From an uncultured Dehalococcoidales bacterium (lineage in GTDB: Bacteria; Chloroflexota; Dehalococcoidia; GIF9; UBA5629), in NCBI GenBank assembly GCA_964545945.1, contig CAZJID010000001.1, forward strand, positions 12,543 to 76,542: a stretch of 64,000 bases of DNA, read 5' to 3'. This document shows positions 47,964 to 59,083 of the stretch, piece by piece. A program made the translations under genes and the position numbers. The notes beneath the pieces were generated by a model. That model was given only the letters and a program-made list of their open reading frames with translations. It did no database searches and had not been told where the DNA came from. The first letter of the stretch is position 1, and the number at the start of each line of letters is the position of its first letter.

Positions 47964-48059
47964 TTGGGCTCAGTAATTAAAAAACGTAAAAAGAAGATGG
48001 CCAAGCACAAGCATCGCAAACTTCTGAAAAAGACGCGATGGCAAAGGAGACATCCCTAG
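47964..48059 (+). CDS. Small basic protein (31 aa) resembling ribosomal protein bS22 (MGSVIKKR...HRKLL...RRTRxQRR family)
   Basis: TTG start 5 nt after an AGAGGAA RBS; translation (M/L)[30 protein letters not shown]; sits in the rplW-rplB gap; below the 60-aa ORF-track threshold. Confidence 0.6.
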   Translation: [31 protein letters not shown]

Positions 48060-48077
48060 ATTTAGGGGAGGCATAAT

Positions 48078-48899
48078 TTGGCACTTAAAACATATCGCCC
48101 GACATCACCCGGCAGACGGGGCATGGTTAGTCCCTCTTTTGAAGAGATAACCAGGCCGACCCCTGAGAGGTCGCTATTGCTGCCGATAAAGAAAAAAGCC
48201 GGCCGCAACAATAGAGGCGTGGTAACCGTTCGGCACCGGGGTGGTGGGGCAAAACGCAGATTACGGATAATCGACTTTAAGCGCGATAAAACCGGCGTTC
48301 AGGGAAAAGTAGCTTCTATCGAATATGACCCGAACCGCTCGGCCCGTATTGCGCTTATTCATTACGTCGATGGCGAGAAACGGTATATTCTTGCACCTCT
48401 GGGTCTTAATGTGGGTGACGTTATAATGGCAGGAGAAGGTGCTGACATAAAGCCGGGCAATACGCTGCCTTTAAGCGCTATTCCCGACGGCACTTTGATT
48501 CATAATCTAGAATTCGAACCTGGCAAGGGCGGCCAGATAGTGCGCAGTGCCGGTACGGCCGCGCAGCTTTTGGGCAAAGAGGGCAAATATTCACTGGTAC
48601 GCCTGCCTTCGGGTGAAGTGCGGCGCTTTATGAGCAATTGTGTGGCGACCATAGGGCAAATAGGAAACGTCGAACACCAGGGTGTACGGTCTGGCAAGGC
48701 CGGGCGAATCAGATTGCTGGGACGGAGGCCTCAAGTTCGCGGGTCTGCCATGACGCCGCGTGACCATCCGCACGGCGGTGGAGAAGGTAGATCCCCCAGA
48801 GGAATGGCGCCCAGCACTCCGTGGGGGAAACCGGCACTTGGCCATAGGACGCGCATTAATAAGGCTTCGGACAGATTTATCGTCAAGAGGCGGAAATAG
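48078..48899 (+). CDS. rplB: 50S ribosomal protein L2
   Basis: [16 protein letters not shown] ... HPHGGGEG. Confidence 0.95.
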   Translation: MALKTYRPTSPGRRGMVSPSFEEITRPTPERSLLLPIKKKAGRNNRGVVTVRHRGGGAKRRLRIIDFKRDKTGVQGKVASIEYDPNRSARIALIHYVDGEKRYILAPLGLNVGDVIMAGEGADIKPGNTLPLSAIPDGTLIHNLEFEPGKGGQIVRSAGTAAQLLGKEGKYSLVRLPSGEVRRFMSNCVATIGQIGNVEHQGVRSGKAGRIRLLGRRPQVRGSAMTPRDHPHGGGEGRSPRGMAPSTPWGKPALGHRTRINKASDRFIVKRRK

Positions 48900-48930
48900 T
48901 ATAGGAAGGTAATCGAGAGGGAAGAAATAG

Positions 48931-49230
48931 ATGTCACGGTCATCGAAAAAAGGTCCTTATTGTGACGCCAAGTTACTCAAGAAGATATTGAACCTTAATA
49001 GCTCCGGCGAGAAGGTAGTTATAAAGACCTGGTCGCGTGCCTCTACCGTATTACCGGAGATGATAGGTCATACCATCGGCGTACATGATGGCCGGCGACA
49101 CGTACCTATATTTATCACCGAGAACATGGTAGGGCATAAACTGGGCGAATTCGCTATAACCCGGACGTTCCGGGGTCATGTGAGCAAAGCCCAGGTGACT
49201 ACCGCCCCGAAGAAACCGGAAGCGACATAA
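48931..49230 (+). CDS. rpsS: 30S ribosomal protein S19
   Basis: [10 protein letters not shown] ... GHKLGEF. Confidence 0.95.
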   Translation: MSRSSKKGPYCDAKLLKKILNLNSSGEKVVIKTWSRASTVLPEMIGHTIGVHDGRRHVPIFITENMVGHKLGEFAITRTFRGHVSKAQVTTAPKKPEAT

Positions 49231-49233
49231 ACG

Positions 49234-49587
49234 ATGAAAGTATCAGCTGTATCTAAGGATGTTCGTGTTTCGTCCCGTAAGGTCAAGCTCATCGTGGACA
49301 TGGTTCGTGGCAAGAGAGTCGATGAGGCTTTGACCATTCTGCGGTTTCTGCCACCGACAATAGCGGTACAGGCTGTGTCGAAGACAATAAAATCGGCTGC
49401 GGCGAATGCGGAAAACAATTTCCAGATGGAACCCGCGGAACTGAAAATAACCGACATATTCGCCAATGAGGGACATACGTTCAAGAGATTCCGGGCACAG
49501 GCTCGGGGTCGGGTTAATCCAATTTTAAAGCGCAGCACCCATATAAATGTTTTTGTTGCCGAGGAGGAAGAGCAAAGTGGGACATAA
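49234..49587 (+). CDS. rplV: 50S ribosomal protein L22
   Basis: VRVSSRKVKLIVDMVRGK. Confidence 0.9.
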   Translation: MKVSAVSKDVRVSSRKVKLIVDMVRGKRVDEALTILRFLPPTIAVQAVSKTIKSAAANAENNFQMEPAELKITDIFANEGHTFKRFRAQARGRVNPILKRSTHINVFVAEEEEQSGT

Positions 49588-50248
49588 GGTTCACCCTTAC
49601 GGTTTTCGAATCGGTGTCATCAGGGGTTGGAAGGCTAAATGGTTCGATGTCAAGCATTACGCCGAGCTTCTTCACGAAGATTTGAAATTGCGCGGAGCCA
49701 TAGATGAGAGATGCGCCGACGGCGGTGTTGCCAGGACTGAAATAGACCATCAGGGTAATGAAATTCTGGTGACTTTGTACTCCTCGCGCCCGGGTATTGT
49801 CATCGGCCGAGGCGGGCAGCGCGCCGAAGAGCTGCGGTCATACCTGGAAGAACTCGCCGGCAAGAGAGTCCGGTTATCGATAAAAGAAGTCGAGCAACCT
49901 GAGCTGGAAGCTCGCCTGGTGGCTAGGAACGTGGCTGACCAGCTCGAGCGCCGGATGGCTTTCCGGAGGGCTATGAAACAGGCAGCTTTCCGGACTATGC
50001 AAGCCGGTGCCAAAGGAGTGAAAATAAGCTGTGCCGGAAGGTTGGGCGGCAATGAAATCGCCCGCCGTGAAACCACCCTTCAGGGCCAGCTACCGTTGCA
50101 TACGCTTACCGCTGATATAGACTATGGTTTTGCCGAAGCCCGTACGACTCTGGGCAATATCGGAGTTAAGGTATGGGTCTACAAGGGACATATTTATCCT
50201 GAAGTAAGGAGAGAAAGTGCTACAGCCGAAACGAGTGAAGTATCGTAA
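49577..50248 (+). CDS. rpsC: 30S ribosomal protein S3
   Basis: GTG start after GAGGAGG RBS; [16 protein letters not shown]-domain N-terminus. Confidence 0.9.
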   Translation: MGHKVHPYGFRIGVIRGWKAKWFDVKHYAELLHEDLKLRGAIDERCADGGVARTEIDHQGNEILVTLYSSRPGIVIGRGGQRAEELRSYLEELAGKRVRLSIKEVEQPELEARLVARNVADQLERRMAFRRAMKQAAFRTMQAGAKGVKISCAGRLGGNEIARRETTLQGQLPLHTLTADIDYGFAEARTTLGNIGVKVWVYKGHIYPEVRRESATAETSEVS

Positions 50249-50648
50249 AACTCATCGAGGGCAGAGGAGAGGCCAAGCCCATTCCGGAAATACAATTGTT
50301 TTCGGTGAGTTCGGGCTACAGGCTCAGGAAGCGGCATGGCTGACCTCCAGGCAAATTGAAGCTGCCCGCCGTGTGATTGTACGTTATCTGCGCCGTGGCG
50401 GCCAGATGTGGATTCGCGTTTTTCCGGATAAGCCCGTGACTAAAAAACCCGCCGAGACCCGAATGGGCAGCGGCAAGGGCGCTCCCGACCACTGGGTAGC
50501 CGTGGTCAGGCCGGGAAGGATGCTGTTTGAAATAGGAGGTATAAAACAGGATATGGCCAAGGAAGCATTGCATCTGGCTGCCTATAAGCTTCCTATTGCC
50601 GCCCGGTTTGTAGCCAGAGAGACAGTTACAGAAGAGGTAAAAAGTTGA
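50217..50648 (+). CDS. rplP: 50S ribosomal protein L16
   Basis: [15 protein letters not shown]. Confidence 0.95.
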   Translation: MLQPKRVKYRKTHRGQRRGQAHSGNTIVFGEFGLQAQEAAWLTSRQIEAARRVIVRYLRRGGQMWIRVFPDKPVTKKPAETRMGSGKGAPDHWVAVVRPGRMLFEIGGIKQDMAKEALHLAAYKLPIAARFVARETVTEEVKS

Positions 50649-50842
50649 AACTCGATGAAATACGCGCTTTAGGCGATGCCGAATTACTGAAGCGGTTGGG
50701 TGAAAGTCGCCAGGAGCTAATAAATATAAGAATACGATTGTCTACCAGGCAACTGGCCAATCATCGTGAACTGCCGAGAGTTAAAAAGAGAATCGCCAGA
50801 ATGGAGACGATTATAAAAGAGAGGGAGCTAGGCATAAGATAG
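50645..50842 (+). CDS. rpmC: 50S ribosomal protein L29
   Basis: Size, position and ELRxLSxxEL-type sequence. Confidence 0.85.
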   Translation: MKLDEIRALGDAELLKRLGESRQELINIRIRLSTRQLANHRELPRVKKRIARMETIIKERELGIR

Positions 50843-50845
50843 CTT

Positions 50846-51127
50846 ATGAAAGAGAAAAGAAAAACGCGAATTGGCACCGTAATAAGCGATAAGATGGACA
50901 AAACGGTTGTGGTGGTAGTGGAAAGCTTAAGGCGTCACCCTCTTTACAAGAAAGTAGTCAGGCATACCTCGAACTTCAAGGCTCATGATGCCACTAATAC
51001 CTGTAAAGTCGGTGACGTGGTTAAAATTGTTGAGACCCGTCCTTTATCTAAGGACAAGCGCTGGCGTGTGGTTCAGACTATAGCCAGGCATGAAGTGGCT
51101 GAGAAGGAGCCGGCGGAACTAATCTAA
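50846..51127 (+). CDS. rpsQ: 30S ribosomal protein S17
   Basis: [19 protein letters not shown]. Confidence 0.9.
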   Translation: MKEKRKTRIGTVISDKMDKTVVVVVESLRRHPLYKKVVRHTSNFKAHDATNTCKVGDVVKIVETRPLSKDKRWRVVQTIARHEVAEKEPAELI

Positions 51128-51148
51128 ATTCGCTCGGGAATAGAGATA

Positions 51149-51517
51149 ATGATACAGTCTTATACCAGACTAAAAATAGCCGATAACACAGGGGCGCGGC
51201 AGATAATGTGTATCAACGTGCCCGGCGGTACTAGAAGGCGATATGCTACCGTAGGCGATGTCATCGTCGGCACGGTCAAGCGAGCTATACCTGGAGGCGT
51301 GGTTAAAAAGGGCGAAGTTGTGAGAGCAGTGGTGGTGCGTATAGCCAAGCAGCATCATCGCCGCGATGGCTCTTATATCAGATTTGATGACAATGCTGCG
51401 GTTATACTGGACGATAAAAACAATCCAAAGGGAACGCGTATTTTCGGTCCGGTAGCTAGAGAGCTCCGTGACAAAAATTTTATGAAGATAATATCTCTGG
51501 CTCCTGAGGTTCTGTGA
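51149..51517 (+). CDS. rplN: 50S ribosomal protein L14
   Basis: [17 protein letters not shown]. Confidence 0.95.
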   Translation: MIQSYTRLKIADNTGARQIMCINVPGGTRRRYATVGDVIVGTVKRAIPGGVVKKGEVVRAVVVRIAKQHHRRDGSYIRFDDNAAVILDDKNNPKGTRIFGPVARELRDKNFMKIISLAPEVL

Positions 51518-51518
51518 A

Positions 51519-51830
51519 ATGAAGATTAGGAAAAACGATACAGTTCTGATTATAGTGGGCAAGGATAGGGGAAAGAAGGGCAAGGTGCGCAGGGCTTTAC
51601 CCAAAGAAAAGAAGGTTATAGTGGAAGGCCTTAATATGATTAAACGGCACTCCAAGGCTAAAGGTCAGGCCAGGCAGGCCGGCATTATCGAGCTGGAAGC
51701 GCCGGTAAACGTATCTAATGTAATGTTTATCTGCGGTAAATGTAACCAGCCGACAAGGGTGGGTTTTCGTGTTCTTAGTGACGGTAGAAAAGCAAGGATC
51801 TGCCGTGCCTGCGATGAAGTTATAGATTAA
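51519..51830 (+). CDS. rplX: 50S ribosomal protein L24
   Basis: KIRKNDTVLIIVGKDRGKKGKV KOW motif. Confidence 0.9.
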   Translation: MKIRKNDTVLIIVGKDRGKKGKVRRALPKEKKVIVEGLNMIKRHSKAKGQARQAGIIELEAPVNVSNVMFICGKCNQPTRVGFRVLSDGRKARICRACDEVID

Positions 51831-51843
51831 TTGAAGGTGTATC

Positions 51844-52392
51844 TTGGCAGTATCGCGTTTAAAGGAAAGATATAACAAAGAAGTGGTACCCGAGCTGATG
51901 AGTAAGTTCGGCTATAAGAATGTGATGCAGGTACCGCGACTCAGTAAAATCGTGCTGAATATCGGCTTGGGCGAAGCCATACAAAACGCAAAGGCCCTGG
52001 AAAGTGCTGAAAAAGACCTGGCGGCTATTACAGGACAGCATCCGGTTATCACACGGGCCAAGAAATCTATTGCAGCTTTTAAGCTCAGGGCAGGCATGCC
52101 TATAGGCATTTCGGTGATACTGAGAGGCGGACGAATGTATGATTTCTTCGACAAACTCGTGAGCGTTGTTTTAGCCAGGATAAGAGACTTTCAAGGAGTA
52201 CCTCGTGATTCTTTCGATGGGCAAGGCAACTACACCCTGGGAATGAAAGAACAGATAGTTTTCCCCGAGATCGACTACGATAAAGTGGATAAGCTGCGAG
52301 GTTTAGAAATAGTTATAGTTACCACCGCGAACAACAATGAGGAAGGCAGAGGCTTGCTCGAGTCACTCGGTATGCCTTTTAGAAAGAGTTAG
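51844..52392 (+). CDS. rplE: 50S ribosomal protein L5
   Basis: [27 protein letters not shown]. Confidence 0.95.
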   Translation: MAVSRLKERYNKEVVPELMSKFGYKNVMQVPRLSKIVLNIGLGEAIQNAKALESAEKDLAAITGQHPVITRAKKSIAAFKLRAGMPIGISVILRGGRMYDFFDKLVSVVLARIRDFQGVPRDSFDGQGNYTLGMKEQIVFPEIDYDKVDKLRGLEIVIVTTANNNEEGRGLLESLGMPFRKS

Positions 52393-52404
52393 GTTGATTC
52401 AGAC

Positions 52405-52590
52405 ATGGCGAAGTTATCTAAGATCTTAAAATCACAGAGGTCTCCGAAATACAGGGTGCAGCATCGCAGCCGGTGCAAATTGTGCGGTAGACCGCGCGCT
52501 TACATACGGAAGTTCGGTTTGTGCCGTATTTGCTTTCGGCAGTTGGCTTTAAAAGGCGAAATCCCGGGAGTTAGAAAATCGAGCTGGTGA
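52405..52590 (+). CDS. rpsZ: 30S ribosomal protein S14 type Z (zinc-binding, 61 aa)
   Basis: [10 protein letters not shown] ... CRICFR zinc-ribbon. Confidence 0.9.
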   Translation: MAKLSKILKSQRSPKYRVQHRSRCKLCGRPRAYIRKFGLCRICFRQLALKGEIPGVRKSSW

Positions 52591-52615
52591 TTGAAAGTGC
52601 TGGAGGCATGAATTA

Positions 52616-53008
52616 ATGGTTACTGACCCGATAGCTGATATGTTGACTCGAATTCGAAATGCAGCCATGGCGCATCATGACAGCGTGCAGATGCCTGCTT
52701 CGAAAATTAAGCTATCTATTGCCAAAATACTTAAAGATGAGGGATTTATAACGGACTATACAGTTCTTAAGGCCAAGCCCCAGCGGATAATTAAGATATC
52801 TTTGAAATATATCAACGGACGGCCTGCCATTGCCGGCCTGGAAAGGGCCAGCAAACCGGGGTTAAGGTTATATGTTGGCAGTCATGAGGTTCCCCGCGTC
52901 TATGGCGGACTCGGTGTTTCTATCCTGTCCACATCCAAGGGAGTAATGACCGGCCAGGAGGCGTGGCACAAGAACATCGGTGGTGAGCTATTATGTTACA
53001 TATGGTAA
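52616..53008 (+). CDS. rpsH: 30S ribosomal protein S8
   Basis: [14 protein letters not shown]. Confidence 0.95.
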   Translation: MVTDPIADMLTRIRNAAMAHHDSVQMPASKIKLSIAKILKDEGFITDYTVLKAKPQRIIKISLKYINGRPAIAGLERASKPGLRLYVGSHEVPRVYGGLGVSILSTSKGVMTGQEAWHKNIGGELLCYIW

Positions 53009-53030
53009 ATAAACCTTGGGAGAATAGTTA

Positions 53031-53582
53031 GTGTCTCGCGTAGGACTGATGCCGATACCTGTGCCACAGGGTGTCAAGGTTGACATTAAGGGCAATGAAG
53101 TGACTGTGGAGGGCACCAAGGGAAAGCTGGTACGTGTATTTCACCCTGATATTTCTATTGCTTTAAAGGACGGTACCTTAACGGTGTCCCGGCCTTCCGA
53201 CAATAGAAATCACCGCGCTCTACATGGTTTAACGCGTAGTCTTTTGGCCAACATGGTTGAGGGTGTAACCAAGGGGTTTGAAAAGGTTCTGGAACTTAGT
53301 GGCGTCGGCTACCGGGCACAAAAAGCCGGCAATAAAATTTCGCTGCAAATCGGTTTCAGCCATCCGGTAGAATACACTCCTCCTGAGGGGGTCGAGATTA
53401 ATGTCGACGGCACGAACAAGCTTCGAATCATAGGTATTAACAAGGAACTCGTAGGCGAGACCGCGGCTCAAATCAGAGCTATAAGACCTGTGGACTCGTA
53501 TAAAGGCAAAGGGGTAAAGTATGCCGGCGAGAGACTTAGGCTGAAACCGGGCAAAGCTGGTAAAGCGGCACTGAAAGGATAG
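53031..53582 (+). CDS. rplF: 50S ribosomal protein L6
   Basis: [17 protein letters not shown]. Confidence 0.95.
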   Translation: MSRVGLMPIPVPQGVKVDIKGNEVTVEGTKGKLVRVFHPDISIALKDGTLTVSRPSDNRNHRALHGLTRSLLANMVEGVTKGFEKVLELSGVGYRAQKAGNKISLQIGFSHPVEYTPPEGVEINVDGTNKLRIIGINKELVGETAAQIRAIRPVDSYKGKGVKYAGERLRLKPGKAGKAALKG

Positions 53583-53956
53583 TGACATTGGTGGTAAAGA
53601 CTGGTACAAGAGTATCGCGGATAAGCAGGCATCTGCGGGTCAGGGCAAGGGTAACCGGCACTGGCACCAGGCCTCGTCTCTGCGTTTTCCGCAGCTTGAA
53701 TAATATTCATGCTCAGATTATTGATGATTCCACCGGCCATACACTGGTCTCGGCCAGCAGTCTGGACACCGACATAAAGTCCAAAATCGCAGGCAAGAAA
53801 AAGGCGGAGATTGCAGGACTGGTTGGTACACTGATAGCCCAGCGCGCTCTGGAAAAGAAAATTAAACAGATAGCTTTCGACAGAGGCGGCTATAAATATC
53901 ACGGGCGGGTTAAAGCCCTGGCGGAAGCTGCCAGGAAAACTGGTCTGGATTTTTGA
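53582..53956 (+). CDS. rplR: 50S ribosomal protein L18
   Basis: [20 protein letters not shown]. Confidence 0.9.
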   Translation: MTLVVKTGTRVSRISRHLRVRARVTGTGTRPRLCVFRSLNNIHAQIIDDSTGHTLVSASSLDTDIKSKIAGKKKAEIAGLVGTLIAQRALEKKIKQIAFDRGGYKYHGRVKALAEAARKTGLDF

Positions 53957-53965
53957 GGTTTGTAA

Positions 53966-54508
53966 ATGAAAGCGATTAATAAGTTAATCAGGGAAAGAAT
54001 ACACGTAGATGCCACTGAGCTTGAGCTCAACGAGAAACTGGTATCGCTTAATAGAATAACCAAGGTTGTCAAAGGAGGTAAGCGTCTTCGATTCAGGGCG
54101 CTGGTGGTTGTCGGGGACGGCAATGGACATGTGGGGGTCGGTCTAGGTAAGGCTAAGGAAGTACCAGAGGCGATTCGCAAGGCCGGCGTTGTGGCTCGAA
54201 AAGACCTGTATAAAATAACGATGTCGGGGACCACCATACCTCATGAGATCGTATCTAAGTCAGGCGCGGCGAAAGTGTTGCTTAAGCCGGCAGTGCCCGG
54301 GACCGGAGTTATCGCCGGCGGTAGTGTTCGAGCTGTGCTCGAGGCTGCGGGTGTAAAGGATATCCTTACCAAGTCTCTAGGTAGCTCCAATCCTGTAAAT
54401 GTTGTCAGGGCTACAGTGATGGGTCTGGCCAATCTGGAAAACCCCGAAACAGCGGTAGCCAGGCGCAAAGCTGAGATCGAGGTCAAGGAGGCGGTCCTGG
54501 ATGAATAA
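53966..54508 (+). CDS. rpsE: 30S ribosomal protein S5
   Basis: [24 protein letters not shown]. Confidence 0.95.
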   Translation: MKAINKLIRERIHVDATELELNEKLVSLNRITKVVKGGKRLRFRALVVVGDGNGHVGVGLGKAKEVPEAIRKAGVVARKDLYKITMSGTTIPHEIVSKSGAAKVLLKPAVPGTGVIAGGSVRAVLEAAGVKDILTKSLGSSNPVNVVRATVMGLANLENPETAVARRKAEIEVKEAVLDE

Positions 54509-54695
54509 ATTTCGCATTAAATGGGTAAAGAGCGGCATCGGATTTTCTGCCGACCAAAAACGGACTATTAGAGCACTGGGCTTTCACCGGCTTAATGAGA
54601 CGGTGGAACAGCAAGATTCACCTTCCGTTAGAGGTATGATTCGTAAGGTCAGTCATTTAGTTAAAGTGGAAGTGATAGACAATGCAGCAGCATAA
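54501..54695 (+). CDS. rpmD: 50S ribosomal protein L30
   Basis: [10 protein letters not shown] ... [14 protein letters not shown]. Confidence 0.85.
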   Translation: MNKFRIKWVKSGIGFSADQKRTIRALGFHRLNETVEQQDSPSVRGMIRKVSHLVKVEVIDNAAA

Positions 54696-55125
54696 CCTTA
54701 AACCACCGGCGGGTGCTACGCATAAAAGAAAGCGAGTTGGCCGCGGTGACGGCAGCGGCCATGGTTCCTATTCGGGAAAAGGCTGTAAAGGACAGAAATC
54801 GCGCGCCGGTGGTGGGGTCCGTCTCGGTTTTGAAGGCGGACAGCTTCCTCTGGTAAAGCGTCTGCCCAGAAAGCGCGGGTTCGTTAATATCTTTAAGACC
54901 GAGTATAGCCTGGTTAACGTGGGAGAGCTTAATTCATTTTCAGCAAACTCGGAAATTACGCCGAAAGAGTTATTCGAGAACGGGATTATCAGGTCTTTCA
55001 AATATCCAATTAAGGTTCTTGGCAGCGGCGACATTGACCGTCCTTTAGTAGTAAAGGCAAATAAGTTCTCGGCTGCTGCCGAAAAAAAGATTACAGCGGC
55101 TGGCGGTAAAGTGGAGGCAATTTAA
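54682..55125 (+). CDS. rplO: 50S ribosomal protein L15
   Basis: Gly-rich KRVGRGDGSGHGSYSGKG N-terminus. Confidence 0.9.
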   Translation: MQQHNLKPPAGATHKRKRVGRGDGSGHGSYSGKGCKGQKSRAGGGVRLGFEGGQLPLVKRLPRKRGFVNIFKTEYSLVNVGELNSFSANSEITPKELFENGIIRSFKYPIKVLGSGDIDRPLVVKANKFSAAAEKKITAAGGKVEAI

Positions 55126-56442
55126 GTGCAGCAAGTAAGTGGAAGGCCCCGCCTTATCCAGGCCTTATATGATGCCTTTTCTCTTCCCGACCTGCGGCGG
55201 CGTTTACTTTTCACTATAGGCATGCTGGTTGTTTTCCGGTTTATAGCGCATGTTCCGCTTCCGGGCGTTGATATTACCGCCTTGCAGGAGCTGTTTGACC
55301 GGAACCAGCTGCTGGGTATGCTTGACCTGTTCAGCGGCGGGGCCATGAGAAACTTCAGCGTGGCGGCCATGGGAGTTTACCCCTATATTACAGCTTCAAT
55401 CGTTATGCAATTGCTGGTCCCGGTTGTTCCGGCTCTACGGAATTTATCTCAAGAAGGGGAATCCGGCACAAACAGGATCAACCAATTTACACACTGGCTG
55501 ACCATACCGCTGGCAGCTCTTCAGGGATACGCTCAGCTGGCACTGATGCGCAGCCAGGGCGCCGTTGCTGAAGCTGCAGCCTTACCGACGCTGGCTATAA
55601 TATTATCCATGACAGCGGGCACTGTCTTTCTAGTCTGGCTCGGCGAACTGATTACTGAACGGGGCATTGGAAATGGTGTGTCTATTATTATATTCGGTGG
55701 AATCGTAGCCGGCTTACCGGAAATGATAGGCCGGGCTACTATAGCCAGGGAGAATATACTTGGCCTGCTTGTCTTTGGTATCGTTGGCCTGGCTACGGTG
55801 GCGCTTATAGTTATATTTACGGAGGGTCATCGCCGGATTCCGGTCCAATACGCTCGAACTGCTTTCCGCGGTGCACGTATGTACCGCCAGAGCGGCGCCA
55901 CCCATATTCCTCTCCGGGTAAATACCGCCGGAATGATACCGCTTATCTTTGCCCTGTCACTCATGATTTTTCCGGGAACCATAGCCAGTTATTTCGCCGC
56001 TCCCGCAGGCGAACCTCCCAACTTTGCCAACACCATTCAAACGTGGTTCAATCCAAGTACGGCTCTTCCGATAGGCCTCTTTTACTGGGTCATTTATTTC
56101 TTTATGGTTGTAGCTTTTACATTCTTCTATACCATGGTTATATTCGAGCAGATGGACCTGTCGCGGACTTTACAGCGCCAGGGCGGCTTCATACCCGGTG
56201 TACGTCCCGGAAAACCTACGACCGACTATCTTAATAGAGTTATCAACCGAATAACTTGGGGTGGCGCGCTATTTCTGGCCTTTGTGGCGATATTGCCGTT
56301 TCTGGTTAGGTCGGTTACGAATGTTGCTGTATTGACTTTGTCCAGCACGGGCATTCTAATCGTGGTAGGTGTGGCGCTGGATACGATGAAACAGGTCGAA
56401 GCCCAGCTGACAATGCGTCGTTATGAAGGTTTCTTGAAGTAG
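55126..56442 (+). CDS. secY: Preprotein translocase subunit SecY
   Basis: LRRRLLFTIGMLVVFRFIAHVPLPGVD; 10 TM segments; GTG start. Confidence 0.95.
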   Translation: MQQVSGRPRLIQALYDAFSLPDLRRRLLFTIGMLVVFRFIAHVPLPGVDITALQELFDRNQLLGMLDLFSGGAMRNFSVAAMGVYPYITASIVMQLLVPVVPALRNLSQEGESGTNRINQFTHWLTIPLAALQGYAQLALMRSQGAVAEAAALPTLAIILSMTAGTVFLVWLGELITERGIGNGVSIIIFGGIVAGLPEMIGRATIARENILGLLVFGIVGLATVALIVIFTEGHRRIPVQYARTAFRGARMYRQSGATHIPLRVNTAGMIPLIFALSLMIFPGTIASYFAAPAGEPPNFANTIQTWFNPSTALPIGLFYWVIYFFMVVAFTFFYTMVIFEQMDLSRTLQRQGGFIPGVRPGKPTTDYLNRVINRITWGGALFLAFVAILPFLVRSVTNVAVLTLSSTGILIVVGVALDTMKQVEAQLTMRRYEGFLK

Positions 56443-56450
56443 TAGGAAAA

Positions 56451-57101
56451 ATGTTCTTAGTTTTTCTCGGTGCTCCGGGAGCGGGCAAAGGTACTCAGGC
56501 AGCCGTGATTGCGGAAAATCTGGGTGTGGCTCATATAGCTTCCGGTGACCTCTTCAGGCAGGCGGTTGAGAAAGGAACTGAGCTGGGCAAGTCGGTCAGC
56601 GCCTATATGAACAAGGGTACACTGGTCCCCGATGAATTGACTATTAAGCTGATTTCGGAGCGGCTGAACGAGCCCGACTGCAAGAACGGGTGCGTTTTCG
56701 ATGGCTTTCCCCGTACTATGGAGCAAGCCAGGGCACTGGATAAGATGATGGCAGAACGCGGCAACGCTATAGATAAGGCGGTCTATATCGAGGTGCCGGA
56801 AGAAGCGCTGTTAAAGCGTCTTACCGGACGCTGGATTTGCCGGAAGTGTCAGACGCCCTATCATGAGGTCAATTCGCCGCCCAAAGTCGCCGGTGTGTGT
56901 GATAAATGCGGCGGTGAGCTATATCAACGGTCGGATGACAAAGAGGAGACCATACGAGAGCGGCTTAAAGTATATTTTGCTCAGACGACCCCTTTGCTGG
57001 ATTATTACAAGGCAGCCGGTAAGCTGGCGGCTATAGATGGTAATCAGGATATCAAGCAAGTATCCCGGGATATAATCAATGTCCTGGACGCGGGCCGGTG
57101 A
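56451..57101 (+). CDS. adk: Adenylate kinase (zinc-lid type)
   Basis: GAPGAGKGTQ P-loop; CRKC ... CDKC lid. Confidence 0.95.
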   Translation: MFLVFLGAPGAGKGTQAAVIAENLGVAHIASGDLFRQAVEKGTELGKSVSAYMNKGTLVPDELTIKLISERLNEPDCKNGCVFDGFPRTMEQARALDKMMAERGNAIDKAVYIEVPEEALLKRLTGRWICRKCQTPYHEVNSPPKVAGVCDKCGGELYQRSDDKEETIRERLKVYFAQTTPLLDYYKAAGKLAAIDGNQDIKQVSRDIINVLDAGR

Positions 57102-57108
57102 AACCTAA

Positions 57109-57855
57109 ATGACCGTGATCAAATCACCGGAAGAAGTGGCTATTATGCGTAAGGCTGGGAAAATAGTGGCAAATACTTTACAAAAACTGGCAGAAGAGGT
57201 AAAACCAGGAATTACCACTGGTCACCTTGATTCAGTGGCGGTAGGCGAACTGAAGAAATACGGAGCCAAAGCTTCTTTTAAGGGTTACAGAGGCTTCCCG
57301 GCATCTCTGTGTGTTTCGGTTAATGACGAGATTGTACACGGTATTCCGGGAGAACGGCAGTTGAATGACGGCGATATCGTATCGCTCGACTTCGGTGCTA
57401 TCCTTAACGGCTTCCACGGCGATGGGGCCATAACAGTTGGAGTCGGCAAAATCAGCCCGGAAGCTCAGGAACTGGTGTCGGTCACCGAAGCTGCCCTGAT
57501 GGTCGGTATAAAAGAAGCACGGGACGGCGCTCGCCTGGGTGATGTTTCGTCGGCTATCCAGAGCTTCGTTGAGGCCAGAGGGTTTTCCGTGGTCAGGGAA
57601 TATTCGGGACACGGAGTCGGTAGGGACCTCCATGAAGACCCGCTGGTGCCTAATTTCGGTCCGGCCGGCGAAGGACCGGTTCTGCGTAAAGGCATGACTC
57701 TGGCAATTGAGCCGATGGTGACTATCGGAGATTGGCGGACGCGGGTGGCAGGTAACAAATGGACGGTGCTGACTGCGGACGGGAGTCTGGCTGCCCATTT
57801 TGAACATACAATCGCTATCAATGAAGATGAAGCAGAGATACTGACTCAGTTATAA
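57109..57855 (+). CDS. map: Methionine aminopeptidase type I
   Basis: Position after adk; metal-binding D/H/E pattern. Confidence 0.9.
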   Translation: MTVIKSPEEVAIMRKAGKIVANTLQKLAEEVKPGITTGHLDSVAVGELKKYGAKASFKGYRGFPASLCVSVNDEIVHGIPGERQLNDGDIVSLDFGAILNGFHGDGAITVGVGKISPEAQELVSVTEAALMVGIKEARDGARLGDVSSAIQSFVEARGFSVVREYSGHGVGRDLHEDPLVPNFGPAGEGPVLRKGMTLAIEPMVTIGDWRTRVAGNKWTVLTADGSLAAHFEHTIAINEDEAEILTQL

Positions 57856-57869
57856 TATAGAAGTACGGT

Positions 57870-58088
57870 ATGCCTAAGAAAGAAGCAATAGAGGTTGAAG
57901 GTATAGTTATCGAGTCGTTACCAAATGCCACCTTTCGCGTGGAATTGGCAAATGGGCATGAAGTATTGGCTCATATATCGGGAAAAATGAGAAAGCATTA
58001 CATTAGAATATTACCGGCGGATAAAGTACTGGTGGAGCTTTCACCGTATGATTTAAGTCGTGGAAGAATTACGTATAGGTTCAAATAG
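57870..58088 (+). CDS. infA: Translation initiation factor IF-1
   Basis: [39 protein letters not shown]. Confidence 0.95.
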   Translation: MPKKEAIEVEGIVIESLPNATFRVELANGHEVLAHISGKMRKHYIRILPADKVLVELSPYDLSRGRITYRFK

Positions 58089-58152
58089 CCGTGTTGACAT
58101 AAGCAGCAACAAAGTTTATTATTATGGGGTTTTTTGCTTTAAGGTGATTTAA

Positions 58153-58266
58153 ATGAAAGTACGCTCTTCTGTTAAACGTCGATGTGATAAATGCAAGATT
58201 ATCAGGCGCCGTGGAGTGGTTCGGGTTATTTGCCAGAATCCAAAACATAAGCAGCGCCAGGGATAA
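58153..58266 (+). CDS. rpmJ: 50S ribosomal protein L36 (37 aa; not in ORF track)
   Basis: Translates [37 protein letters not shown]; sits between infA and rpsM. Confidence 0.9.
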   Translation: MKVRSSVKRRCDKCKIIRRRGVVRVICQNPKHKQRQG

Positions 58267-58281
58267 TGCAGGAGTAATAAT

Positions 58282-58671
58282 ATGGCACGTATAGCCGGTG
58301 TGGACATTCCGAAAGAAAAAAGAGTAGAGGTCTCTTTGCAGTATATCTATGGCATAGGTCCTCATTCAAGTAAAAAGATTTTGGTTTCCAGCGGCGTGAA
58401 TCCCGATACCAGGGTCAAGGATCTCAGCGAGCAAGACGTCAATCGTATACGTGAGGTTATAGATAAAGAATACAAAGTGGAAGGCACGCTTCGTAAGGAA
58501 GTTAATTTTAATATTAAACGGCTTATTGAAATCGGCAGTTACCGTGGTTTGAGGCATCGTCGCGGATTGCCGGCACGGGGACAGCGGACGCGAACCAACG
58601 CCCGCACCAAGCGCGGGCTGCGCAAGACGGTTGCCGGCCGCGGACAAAGACGCGGAGCCACTAAGAAATAA
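58282..58671 (+). CDS. rpsM: 30S ribosomal protein S13
   Basis: [26 protein letters not shown]. Confidence 0.95.
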   Translation: MARIAGVDIPKEKRVEVSLQYIYGIGPHSSKKILVSSGVNPDTRVKDLSEQDVNRIREVIDKEYKVEGTLRKEVNFNIKRLIEIGSYRGLRHRRGLPARGQRTRTNARTKRGLRKTVAGRGQRRGATKK

Positions 58672-58688
58672 AGGAGTGATGATAAAAT

Positions 58689-59081
58689 ATGCCCAAGAAG
58701 AAGAGAACCGGAGTAAGAAGGCGGGAACGCAAGCAGGTAGCAGAAGGCAAGGCTTTTATCCAGTCTTCTTTTAACAACACTATCATCACTCTTACCGACC
58801 AGAAAGGTGCGGTTATTGCCTGGGGCAGCTCCGGGACTGCGGGTTTCAAGGGCTCTCGAAAGGGTACCCCCTATGCAGCTCAGATGGCAGCGCAGGGAGC
58901 AGCTCAGAAAGCCAAGGAACACGGTTTGCGCCAGGTCGAGGTTTTTGTCAGGGGGCCCGGTAGCGGCCGGGAAGCCGCCATCAGAGCTATTCAGGCCTCC
59001 GGGATTTTAGTAACCGGCATTAAGGATGTCACCCCTGTTCCGCATAATGGTTGCCGGCCTCGAAAGAGAAGGCGAGTCTAA
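58689..59081 (+). CDS. rpsK: 30S ribosomal protein S11
   Basis: [28 protein letters not shown]. Confidence 0.95.
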   Translation: MPKKKRTGVRRRERKQVAEGKAFIQSSFNNTIITLTDQKGAVIAWGSSGTAGFKGSRKGTPYAAQMAAQGAAQKAKEHGLRQVEVFVRGPGSGREAAIRAIQASGILVTGIKDVTPVPHNGCRPRKRRRV

Positions 59082-59083
59082 AA

